Source of the DNA: Gnetum montanum
Taxonomy: Eukaryota; Plantae; Gnetophyta
Direction: 5' to 3'
Length of the DNA: 64,000 bases
Assembly: GCA_015680685.1 (NCBI GenBank)
Contig: MNCI01002615.1
Span: 104,524 to 168,523, forward strand
This document shows positions 28,641 to 41,169 of this stretch, in pieces. Each line of letters starts with the position of its first letter. Position 1 is the stretch's first letter. The translations under genes were made by a program, and so were the position numbers. The notes under the pieces are model-generated. The model saw nothing but the letters and a program-made list of their open reading frames with translations, had not been told where the DNA came from and searched no databases.

Positions 28641-31600
28641 ATAAACGTGTGGCTCTCCATGGCTCAAAACTAGTAAGTAATCCTTATCCTATGGTCGTTC
28701 ATAATCTTATAACCTAACTAATTCTAACATAGCTAATGTAGCCATTCTCCACATAGTTATTTTCAACATTTTTAACTTTAAAACCTTGAAATAATAAAGC
28801 AATCAACAACATATATAGCCAAAAAAAAAACCAAAACTTAAAATTTAAAACATCTTAAAATAAAATAATACAACCATGGCCACACTATGTGGCATAAATT
28901 TCAAAACCATAAATCATAAATGTTAAAATGTCTCCAACTCAAGTATTGGCCAACATAGGCCATACAACATCAAAAATAAAATGAAATAAATTAAAAATTG
29001 TCAACAAAGGCTATCACATCATGCATCTGATGGTGTTGAAGAGGCATCTAGAGTCATAGGAGGTGGTACATCATCATCATCATTGCCTGCACCACTGGGA
29101 CCACCAATATCATAAGGTGCCTGTGACATAACAACACATGACCTGTTAGTAAACATAACCAAAACCATAACATGAATCATGTAAGAATAAACTTAAAATA
29201 TAAAACATAAATGTCATCAAACTTGTGGAGAATCAAGCTCTACAAACTCTTAGAGAAGACGATAAAGGCCAATCTTCAAACATTGGAGAATCTGGTCTTC
29301 CATTGTGTTTGCCCAATCAATGTTTTCAAAATTGATGCTTATGAAGATGTTGGTCCTATCTACACTTTTCCATGATGGTGACTCCCATGAGATCATATTT
29401 GTAGAGATCTCATCTATATCTGCAGTAATCTATGTAGTAGGAGACTCAACCACTGTTAGAGTGCTTTCAAAGAGGTTGAAAGCACTCTTAGCTTTAATTG
29501 CATGGATAAAAAGATCTCTCTTCTATTGTTCTATTGTCTCCCTCTTCAACCACTTTAAGTATGCCTCCTGATTGGCCTTGTACTTATGCTTATGATCCTT
29601 TTATGTCTTACCCCATGCCAAGACCCAAGCATTGTAATCTTTCCAGTCTTGTGCCTTTTGGGAGATCAAGTCTATCCGCATCTACTACTTATGCAACTCT
29701 TAGGAGAGGGAAACCTTATCATGAATGGTATGCCAGTAATGGGCCCACATGATCTCTTTGGCTCGTAAGGCCCCCAAGTTCTCACTTGAGCCTCTAAAAA
29801 GGCTTTACATTTCTCAAGATCCTAGATCCATTTAGGTTATCTATTATTTTCCTTCTTTAAGACCATAACCTATTCCCATATGGATTTGTTGGACCTTTAA
29901 ATCTCCCACAAAGATTTTGTGCATGAAATCACTTGATCAATGGTAGTTTAGTATAACTTTAGGGGGACATGTGGAGTATTAGGAGGAAACTTAGGCAAGG
30001 AGTGAAACTCCATGTCTTGGGCCAGGTTCAATGTAACTGATGGCACTAAAAACAACAACAAAAATATAACTATAAACATGACATACAACCTAAGGTAGCC
30101 ATAGCACAAAATATAACTCATAGAAAAATGAATAAGACATATCAAAACATAGTTCCTAACAATCTTGGATGCAACTTGTTGCAACCAAAAAATGATGTCC
30201 TTTGTCATCTCGTGCATGAATTCTATCTTGTTTGGGACTTCTACCCATGGTTTCATGTGAAACATGGGTGTAGGGGCCTCTATGGCTAGCTTAGGAACTA
30301 CAATAAGCATAACAATTTTTAGATAAGTAAGAACTCAAAAACCAAACATAAAACTATAGGAAATAGCAAGTAGAGCATAGGTATACCTACTTTCTCATTC
30401 TCATTCTCATTTCCATACTCATCATCATCATTGGGGATTTCAATCAAAGGCTCCCTAGGTAGTTTCTCACCAAACAAAGAATTAAGATCCTCCATATCTT
30501 GTTGAACATGCCTTTGTTCTTCCTCTACTACAATAGCTATATAGCTCTACTCCTCCTATTTGGAATGTTTATGTGCCTCCTCTGCTTACCTTTGATCTTC
30601 TTCCACAATGGTAGCTTGAGCTGCCAAGTTCCACCACTAACCTATACCCATAACCTATATAGACATAGAACATGACATAGCCAAAAACATAGTTAAAGTG
30701 TACCTATGAGTTCTTGATCTAAGCATGGGATCTTAAAGATGATCCTTTGCTTCAAGGGTGTCTCCACTATTGGTGGTGCTTCCTTTATAGGCCATTTCAA
30801 ACTAGCCTTGGCACCTCAATGGCCTCAGCACACAACCATTAGGTCCTCTTGATGTTCACTAGGAATGTAAGAGATGCCTCCCCCATGCTATTAAGGGATT
30901 CACACTGACTAACATCAAGGTTCTTGGTGGTCACAAATAGCAAATCTCCCATATCCTTTGATGGGTTTTGAGCCTCCATAGTTGGATAAAGATTCTTTAT
31001 TCAAGGCTTTGAGAGTTGGTTTGGATCCTAGCACACACATGACCCACTTCTCTTCACCACCAAAAATTTTGGGGACCTCTATAGATAGCCTACAAAAAAT
31101 GCATAGTGCATGTGGACTACTATAGAGGAATCCATGCAGAGTTTGAAGATTTCCTCTTTGAGGCCTATATCCAAGGAAGAAGCCCAGTTGAAATAAGTTC
31201 CCTCTTTCAAGACCTTCTTGAGGGTCCATCTCAAAGTAATGCTGACTATCTTCTTTTGCAATAACAATTTAGGAAATGTCCAAGAACTAAATAAGGGATA
31301 GGACCCCCTTACATCAAAGTTCGTGAAGCTATTGAGAGCAAGTATGGAGTGGCCTTTTCTAGCAGCAAACCACTCCTTGACTTTTCCATGATGGCAAGAA
31401 TTCTTCATTAGTTTGGTGGCAACTATTATCCTATCAACAAGAACATCAAAAAATTCATGAAATGTAGCCTCACTAATATCAATGGAAATCAATATTCCTT
31501 GCATCATGCTGGGGAATATATTGGCTCCTTTATTAAAGAACTCAATGATGTTCAACATCTTTGCAAAAGGAATGATAGGATTAGGCATCATAAAGACCTT

Positions 31601-32511
31601 GAGCAAACTTGCTTGTGTAATGTTTACTTGAATGTTCTCAGGTGCCTTCCCCCTCAACCACTCTTGTGCTAGTTCCACTTGACTAAACATTAGAATGAGA
31701 GTTTCTACAGAATGTCTAGTGAGGGAGATAGGAACATTGGTGGAAATAGAAGTGTTGGCACATTTTGGCCATTTCATGGAACAGCAAGAGTAGATACTAG
31801 AAAAAGACAACTTGTAAAAGAATGTATGGTTGAAAATTTGAAAATAAAAATGTGGCTTTAAGGTTATGGATTGAAAAATTTTTAAAACAAAGGGAAGACT
31901 CTAACTGATGCAATTGATAAATCATCATCAGAAGAATACATTTGGACTTATGTGTCACCAGAATATGCCATGCTTTAGGAGGAAAAGTTGCAGTCTTTCA
32001 CACTTCCTCACCCGATGTTATGCATTGGAAACATACTGCAAATTGAACTCATGGGAAGGGTTCAAGTTCAGGAATTTGACGGACTACATTATATCTCTGC
32101 ATATGCCATGTGCATGTTGTTGGGAGACCCATTTCAACCTTGGACTTTGCTTCACTAAGAATCCAAGAAAGTATGTCTTAACAAATTCTAAAGAGCAACA
32201 TCCTCTTGCGGATTTTGAGAATGCATCTTTCGTTGACATGGATGAAGATGCAGATAATTCTATCGAACAGAACACCCAAATCAGAGCTAGGAGGATATAA
32301 CAACAGTAGATTTAAATGGTGATTATGAGTTGGAATCGGACAATGAAGATTTTCTCCTTTAAGTTCATACGAGATTCATTCAGCCTTGGTTATGTGAAGG
32401 TTGATATATTTGACCTGTTCCTGTTATCAAATGTCATCAACAACATCAACATCATTTATGGAAGCATTATTGTGCTGTCCAAACAACAATGAAAACCCAA
32501 GCAGGGCATTG

Positions 32512-33180
32512 GACTGTCTAGATATAATGGCCAAATATACAACTTGGATTGAGGCTGATAAGGCATTGCATCCAGTTCTCTTGTCGAATGGTAATTTGAA
32601 GGAACATAGAGACTTAGAGGGTGGTAGGCACTATGCAGTATGGGAGGATCCTTTTAAGAAGCCTTCCTATCTTTTTGCTTTGGTTGCAGGCCGGTTAGTT
32701 AGCAAGGATGACACTTTTGTAACAAAATTGGGACGCACTATTAACCTCCGCATTTGGACTCCTACAGAGCACTTTTCAAAGACTTCTTATGCTATGTATT
32801 CCCTTAAAGCAGCAATGAAATGGGATGAGGATGTGTTTGGTTTAGAATATGATCTTGATCTATTTAATATCGTTGTTGTACCTGATTTTAACATGGGTGC
32901 AATGGAAAACAAAAGCCTTAATATATTCAATTCAAGACTTGTCTTAGCATCCCCAGAGACAGCAACTGATAGTGACTACGCTGCTATCCTAGGGGTCATT
33001 GGGCATGAGTATTTCCACAACTAGACTAGAAATAGGGTTACATGTAGAGATTGGTTTCAATTAAGTTTAAAGGAAGGTCTTACTGTTTTTTGAGATCAAG
33101 AGTTTTCATCTGACATGGGAAGCCATGCTGTGAAGCGTATTTCCGATGTTTCTAAGCTTCATAATTACCAATTTCCATAG
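32512..33180 (+). pseudogene. intronless fragment of M1 family alanyl aminopeptidase (PepN/puromycin-sensitive type)
   Basis: [90 protein letters not shown] and HEXXH(X18)E motifs are present, with three in-frame stops and no frameshifts or introns. Confidence 0.93.
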
Positions 33181-33866
33181 CAATTCCAGAACTAGAATCA
33201 GACATGACATTGTTCAACACGTCCAATTACGGTGATTTCAAGTATCAAGGCAACAGCTACCTACACTCCTTCAACTGCGCGGAAAATACAATTACCTTAT
33301 CATGCATCGGCGGATTCACACCAAGATTTGAACCAAGAGCTCTGGGACATCATTTCATTATGTAAGTCCAAGGCTACCGATACATAGCACCATCGATCAA
33401 AAACTGTGCTATTTTGTTCCACTGCCGTTGCTTGGGAGCTACGCCGCTTCAAGAGGAAACCCGGGCTCTTTCTGGTGTGTAGAGCTAGACAGAAAGCACT
33501 CAATGATGTAGTTAGATACGTGATTTCTCTGTGTTATCTCAGTCGATCGCCATAATTCTGTCACTATCGGTAGTTACCCTTAAAAAAGAAAAAAACCATA
33601 CAACATTTATTTTTGGTTTTGATATAAATTATTTAATTGCTGATGCCCTTGGTTGTGTATCAAGTAAAGTATTAATATTGATTTAAAAATGGAATTTGTG
33701 CAACAATTTTTCAAAGTCCTATGTGAATTGAACACTTGTCAATGGAAATAGTGGTTATAACCACCACAAAGGCCACTTGTCAACTACAACCTCTTTTTCT
33801 CCACAAAGGCCACTTGTCAACTAAATGGGACATGTGTCAACTGCAACTTGTTTGTCTCCATGGTGA

Positions 33867-33983
33867 ACACTTGGCAACTGAAGGAAGACACTTGGCAACT
33901 AAAGGAAGACACTTGGCAACTGAATGAAGACACTTGGCAACTACATGAAGACACTTGGCAACTATATGGAACACTTGTCAACT
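33867..33983 (+). repeat. 21-bp tandem repeat upstream of the LTR TATA box
   Basis: ACACTTGGCAACT at 33867, 33888, 33909, 33930 and 33951, with a variant at 33971. Confidence 0.9.
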
Positions 33984-36900
33984 GTAGCCTTTTTATCTCT
34001 ATGGTGGTTAAAACCACCCAAGATATTTTGTAACTTCCATACCTATCTTTGAACCCTATAAAAAGGCTTCAGGGGTCAAGGGGGAAGGGGGAACATCACA
34101 CTTGAGGTCTCACACATCACACTTGGGATCTTGGAAGATTTGTAAAGAAGATTGCTTGTAAGATGGCTTGCTAGAATAAAGATTTCAGCCTCTTTGTCAT
34201 AGTCCTGTGAGTTATGCATTTCATTTTTTGTTTTGTTTAAATTGTTTAGCTAGTGGTTTAGATAGTATCATCCTTGGCAAGTAATTTTGGGATTTTTAGA
34301 TTGCTCTTATTGTTCTTGTTGCCCGATAGAAATTTCTATTAAAATTTTGCCATAGAAGCGCTTGTGTTTAAAAGCCTTAAGAGCATTTTAGTAGTAAATT
34401 TCATTATTGTGCAACGTGTGGGAACTGCTATTGGGATTGTTGTAAGAGAGCCTCTGTTTGTAGTCACGCCGTTGAACAATTCAGTAGTCGAGAGGGTTCA
34501 GAAAATCTTTGGTATTTTGATGGGACCAGAATAGCTTCTTTTTATCTTTAAAGTGAATTCTCGTGGTATTTCAATCAGAAATTGTCAAGTCTTTTAAAGG
34601 TTCTGTTTGAATGCAATCGTTGACATCTATTATCTAGTCAAAATGGAGTCTCGTACGTGGTAGTTTACGCAGCAATTTTTGGTAGCATAGTAGGATTGTC
34701 TTGAAGATATTGCTTGTTTGAGCCTTGGAAGTTTGAACAATTCGTAGATATTGAATTTGGGATAGCTTTATTGCGAAGTGTTTACTCGTGTCATTTTACC
34801 TTGTTTAAATATTTGAGGTTTACACAAATCGGCTTTCTTTTCTTTTCTGTTTATTTCCATCAAATCTTGCTCTATTTCTAGTTTTCTTGTGGAACTATCT
34901 CTTTCTCTAGGGAAAATTAGGAGTAGATTGCGGAGTTGTGCTCAAATGTTTTTGCAAAATTTTATTTGTTACAAGTAGGTATTATAAGGACCGCGTAGAC
35001 TAGGCAGTTGAACAAAATAGGAAATTTTCAACAACTCACAGTACTTGGCAAAGTTGGCTGAATCTCTTTAAAGTAAGTCATTTGTAGTTTACATACAACG
35101 TAATCATTACATTTCTCACAACTGCACACCGCAACAGCACACACACATACTCACATTAACTACTGAGTTTATTTGGAGGTATTTGGGCCTTAGTGTTGCC
35201 AGAGACCAGCAGGCACCTAAATCCTGTTCGAGGACACTCGTTGGCAGTCACGTCCCAAACGGTCGCCAACAAGAAGGACCTGTAAGTAAAAGAAAAATGG
35301 CTAGCATCAGTATAGTTATGTTTAGACCATTGAATACTTAAGACCCAAATAGCCATAAAACCTTAGTTACAACATAGAAAACCATTCCTTTTCTCACCTT
35401 TCTTCTTATTACTTGGTGAAGCTCATGTGGGGATCTNGAAGGACCTATAAGTAAAAGAAAAATGGCTAGCATCAGTATAGTTATGTTTAGACCATTGAAT
35501 ACTTAAGACCCAAATAGCCATAAAACCTTAGTTACAACATAGAAAACCATTCCTTTTCTCACCTTTCTTCTTATTACTTGGTGAAGCTCATGTGGGGATC
35601 TTAGTAGTGATACCCATATCTCTGATAACCTTGGGATCTGTCCACTAGCTATGTGCTATTTTGGTAGCCACACACCTCTTTTAAATAGAGTCAAATCTGG
35701 TGGGTTATTCATCAAATTCCCCTCTTATCTATTCAAAAATGACATGTCTAATATTGTAACCTTTGATGAATTCATTCAATGGGGTGTGAATTCATTCACT
35801 TTTGATCAAACCTTGCTCATTAATCCTGTACCTACAATATGTGCATAAAATTAAAAAGTTAGGAAAGAATACTAAATTAGATAAGGCCAAAACATTAAAA
35901 CATATAGTAGCCATGCTTACCCTTGTAATTGGTACATGGTGCCAAGAGGATTTTCGAATATAGAGTGGGCTCTTTGTGCTACCATCAGAGTATTATTCAT
36001 GTTGTATCATGAATACTTTGGCATCATCCAAATATATGAGAGGTATTGTGCACTAAGGTTATCTATCGACTCTCTTGCTACTCGAGTCTTTGGATAATTA
36101 GTTATAAATAGAGAAATTAGATGTGTAGATCTAGGTAGTAGAGTTTCCACTATGATTTTTGCCACCTCCTCAAATAAGTATGACCACATTATCATACTAA
36201 AATTCTAAAGAGTGTCCTCAAGAAAAACCATAGTGACAGCTTATCCAATTCCATGTTAGGAAGGGGGGTGAGGACCATAGGTTGACTTAGATAGCATAAA
36301 ATGCTGACCAACTCCACGATGATGAGGAATGGCTTAAGTAGGATCCTACAGGGGGAAAACATGAACATCATTAGAACCACATTTCAACACTTATAATTTC
36401 TTGACAAGATTTATAAAATCCTAGTCAAGGGTGAGATTAGCCTCTGTAAAAAGCTTTAAGGTGTTTATTCAAGTTTTCTTAAGAAATTCTACAAAAAAAT
36501 TATTATAAACTTTCATAGCCTTTTACTTCATAGCAAAAACATACTAGCTAGAATTATGCCTTAGTTCAAATCATGCATCAACTTAGGAAATGCATCAATA
36601 CATAGAAAAAACAACCATAGTAAAAAAACTTACTAAAAATAGTAAAAATATCTTTTTCTCATGAAACCAAATTTGAAACATAGTGTGCATTTTTAGTTCT
36701 CCCCAAGGGCATGGAAATTAACAAGAGAAATATCTAAGTATGTTAACCATATCCATCCCCAAAGGGATAAAGTGCGATAACTGAATTAAGATTAATTAAC
36801 ATAGCCTTGAAAAAAAATTCATCCTAACTTTGATTTTAGTGATTCCACCACAAAAGGAACTCTAAAATCCTAAGCTTTTCAACCATGTCCATTACAACCA

Positions 36901-37989
36901 ACAACACATTACCATTTTTTTTTATCAAACATAGCCAAAATAAGTAAACCATAGTCATCAACCTTATTCCCCTTTTGCATAAGGTTGGAAAAAATTCATT
37001 AAAAATCATTTGAGCTTCAAATAGAGTGATTCCACCACTATTTGAAATCTTGAATCAAGCCCTATTCACCCACACTTAGCAAAAATTTAAAATCCCATCC
37101 ATTTATTCAAAAAAAATTCATTACTTTGGATGAAAATCTAAAAAATGACACAAACCTTTGATTACACAATTGAGTTAAAATAGCCATAACTTAATCATTT
37201 TACATTCAAATTAGATGAAACAATAGCCATTAAAAATATTAAACATAAAAATAAAAACCCATATCATTAAAATTTGCAAAAATTAAGTCATTTCCTTAAC
37301 AAAAAATACATAACATTGCTTGCTTTTTGTATCAAAAAGCATAAAAAAACACAGAACCTATAAAACCTAACTTGATTTAGCCATAGATTACAACAAAAAT
37401 AGTTAAACCAACCTATACCCATCAGAAACACACATCAAAATAAGTAGGTAGGATTTCATTAAGGTTTAATTTGACAAGTCCTTCATCCTAGATCTAAGAA
37501 GAATGGCCCCATGATAAAATTTTTAGAAAAAGCACAAAAAATGCAAGCCTATTTTTAAAAATTGAATCTACCAAGGTAAAAATAGAAAAATAACCCTAGA
37601 TCTACATGAAAATAGCCAAAATATGACACAATATTTCATTGGAATTCAATTTTATCAATCTCTTTTGAGTAGATCTAACAAAAATAACCTTTTCCTCATT
37701 AGGAAAACACAAAAACATCTAGGAAATCATGAAAAAGCAAAGAATGATCTACCTTAGAGAAAATGAGGAAGATCCTTGAATGGAAACAACCTTGGGAAAC
37801 TTGAAGATCTTCTTGGAGGCCTCATTTGATGCATGGATCTTGGGATTTTTCCTACTACATTTCTTCATCATGGTTGCACAACGTTGAGAAGACTTGGAAA
37901 CTGAGGGAGTTAAAGCTTCCATGCTGGGTAGGAGAGCATTTGATGCTTCAATGCTAAAAGTTAATGAAATTTATTGTAACAATTGGTGT

Positions 37990-40230
37990 CATTCTAGGCA
38001 CCCCCTCTTCCACATTGGCCAATGTGGAGCTAGCATGGATGGAGGGGTGGGTTGATCAAAAATCTCCAAGTTTTACCTCAAGATGAACTTTGGTTGACAT
38101 CTTAGCCTTCCCAAGGACTTTGGCAATCATGATTTTTGTCATAAATGATCCTTTTTCATGATTTCCAAGGTCCTCCTAGCTAGCTTCCCCTTGCCTAGTA
38201 TGGAACAAGGGGACTAGCTTACAAAATCATCCAAAAACCTTAAGAACTACCAAATTTTGAACTTGGACATTCACTATTGACTCTTGCATCCTTATAAATA
38301 TCCATACATAATCAAAAATAGCCAAAGAAATAAAACCCTTTGAATGCTCCTAGTTGGCTTCCTTCTACCCCATGTGGAACAAGGAGGGTAACTCTAAAGA
38401 TCATCAAAAAGCCTTAGAAATCATCAAGTTTTGACCCTAGGCAATGACCTTTGAGATCAGCAACCCCAAAAATGCACATGTATGTTTAAAACTAATCAAA
38501 ATAGCTAAAAAAATAAATCCCTTAAAATCCTCCTAGTTGGCTTCCCCCTGTCCAATGTAGAACCAAGGGGGTAATCCAAAATACCATAGAAAAATCCTTA
38601 AAATTCACAAATTTTAACCTTAGGTCTTGAGTATCAATGCCAACAACCTTGGAATTGCACATTCATAACAAGAAGTGACCAGCATGGAGCTAGTGTGAAG
38701 CTAGATGGTTCACTCCTAAAACCATCTTAAAAACCTCCAAATTAACCAATTTTGAGCTTGAACCCTACCTTTCAACCTTGGTAGCTCTAGGAGCACACAT
38801 GCATGGCTGATTTAGGTTAAAATTAGTCTAGATCTGAGATTTGTGACTCTTCCATGTTGAGCAGTTCCTCCTCTACATTGGCCAGCATGGATACTTAATG
38901 GGGAACTTATTTGAAGTTTAACAACACCTTATAATGACATCAAATAACCTTACATGCACCTAGGAACCCTGTTAACATCCTTTAGAGCATTCAAACCTTT
39001 AGAAATTGACCAAATAGAGACAAAAGTTGATCCCTTTTGATCCTCCTAGTTGGCTTTCCCTTGCCCAACATAGAGCAAAGGAGGTAACCTCTAAACCCCT
39101 CATAATCCTTCAAAACTACCAAATTTTCATTCTAGAAACTTGTTGACACCTCTAGGCGTCATGGGACCTAACGAAACAAGCCTAAAATGACTATAAATCA
39201 ATATTCTAGGTTCTTCCATGCTAAGCCCCCCTCTTCCAACATGGAGCCAATGTAAAGACAAGGAGGAACTTAAAAACCACTAGAAAATCCACCAAACTAC
39301 TAAATTTTGATCATAAACCCTAGTATTCAGTACTAGCAACCTTGGGAAGTAACATGCATGAATGATTTTCATCAAAACTAGTCTAGATATGAATCATTTG
39401 ATTCTTTCACATTTCGTACCCCATCCTCCATGTTGGCCAATGTGGACCTAGCATGGAGGACCCTTCTTTTGACTTAGACAATAAATTGACACTTCAAAAA
39501 ATCAAGAATCTACATTGAGGAATCCTAAGACCTCATAGCCTAAAGATGGTACTTGTTTAACCTAGTTTTAATCCTCAAATCTAATCCAATCCCTTCTTCC
39601 ATGATGAAGAAAACTCCTCAATGTGGAACAATGGGGTGTAACTTTTCATAGCCTTAAACAACCTTCAAACATTATCAGAATTAGTCAAAAACTTGATAAA
39701 TCTAAGACTGTAGTCCTAGGAGCCTAGAAACCTAGTCAATATGCTTGCAAACCATTCCAAAATAATAGAACAAGTGCACCCTCATTCTTCCACACTAGGG
39801 CCACTACACTCATAATGGAAGAAGAGGGAGACCATTTTAACTTTTTCTAACACTCAAAACCAACTCAAATGGCCTCAAAATAAAGCTAGGAGATGAACAA
39901 CTCCCTGATCTAGGTTTTGACTACTAGTTTGACCTTGTTTAATCTTATTTTTTCTTAAATCATAATCTTTCACATTGAGCCCTCTCCCTTCCATGTTGGC
40001 TATAATGGAAATAATGGGGTTAAACTCTAAAACCTACTTCTTGGCCTTTACCAACCTCTGGAATATCCAATTTTAATAGATTTGATCCTACACTACTTTG
40101 GGAAGGCCCTGAAACCTCAATTTTGGACCTCTAGATGATCCAAAGCCTACTTTCCTTGGTTTCCACACTAAGACCCCTACTCTCCACATTGGCCAACATG
40201 AAAACAAGGGGTTCTAGTGTGGAAGTCTTT
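37990..40230. repeat. dispersed degenerate ~180-200-bp repeats inside the Tat-like element
   Basis: TCCTCCTAGTTGGCTTCCCC..CCAATGTGGAACAAGGGG variants at ~38171, 38345, 38528, 39040 and more decayed copies. Confidence 0.65.
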
Positions 40231-41169
40231 AAACTATTGATTTTTAGGTCCAAATAGCATAGAAATAACCCTGATTAATGTCAAAACTCATCCATAACCC
40301 TTATAGCCCTAAATCATGGCCTACTAAGGCCTAAAATTGGTACAGCCTAAGCCTTTTTTACCTATATTAACCAAATTTCATAATATGTAGCTTGTTTTGC
40401 TTGATTCAAACTCATCACATGATGTTTCAACTTATTTTTTCTATTGTGTTGCATTATTGGCCTTGTTGACCCTCCTATAACCTTTACATAGCCTTATATT
40501 TTCTTTATCTACCTGATTATAGCCTTACTTGCCCTTGTTTAGTACTTGAATAGTATCAAATGGTGGGGTTTGACCTTCCCTAATCACCATTTAGCACCAT
40601 GTGACCATGGCCTTAAACTGCCATCTTGGCCTGCTATGGCCTTAAACTCACATCATAGTCCACTAAGACTCTAAATTGGCATCATGGCTCACTAAAGTCT
40701 AAAACTGGCAAAACTGTGATCCTTGTTAATTATTTGTAGCCTTATTCCTCATACTTCCCTTTTCTTGACCTTTCTTTGGTCCTTATTGCACTTTTTTTAC
40801 TTGTTTTTACTCTAATTAGAGCCTTGGATGACCTTGTTTGCATTAGAATAGCATATATTTGCATGGTTTTATGCCATTTTAGCATTATTTACTCACTCTT
40901 ATCAAAGTGCCACTTAATATACTTATGGTTGATATGTAGGACTAAAGTATGAGTACTTTGAAGTAGATTAGTCTACCTTTAAGCCTAAATGGACCTCATG
41001 GTGATGTAAAATAGTATATCGACCTGATTGCCTAGAACTTGAGCACTGGTTTTCTAGCTACTTGGCTTTGATTATTAAGTGTCTAATTCCAACATAGTGG
41101 GAGTATATCGACCTGATTGCCTAGAACTTGAGCACTGGTTTCATGCTAATGATGGTACCTTGTAACCTA

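Larger units (their letters stand above)
31823..35271 (+). mobile_element. 3.45-kb solo LTR carrying captured host-gene fragments
   Basis: TG...CA ends with 4-bp TSD AGAA (31819-31822 / 35272-35275). TATA CCCTATAAAA ~34055. The 3' ~1.2 kb is homologous to the reverse complement of 55513-56670, where the LTR end abuts a PBS. Confidence 0.8.
29020..37900 (-). pseudogene. antisense, apparently spliced accessory gene of the Tat-like element, unknown function
   Basis: A 243-aa open segment at 31079-31810 (..TYFNWASSL..LKEEI..) and further coding-like blocks alternate with T-rich spacers bounded by minus-strand GT/AG signals. Confidence 0.55.

Noticed and set aside
32401-33024. 207-aa ORF as a functional aminopeptidase gene
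   Set aside because: It has an unrelated N-terminus, a stop immediately after HEYFHN, two more stops, and lacks most of the protein.
35272-35601. ~165-bp tandem duplication
   Set aside because: The copies are separated by a single N (35437) and differ by one base, so this is most likely a contig-overlap artefact.
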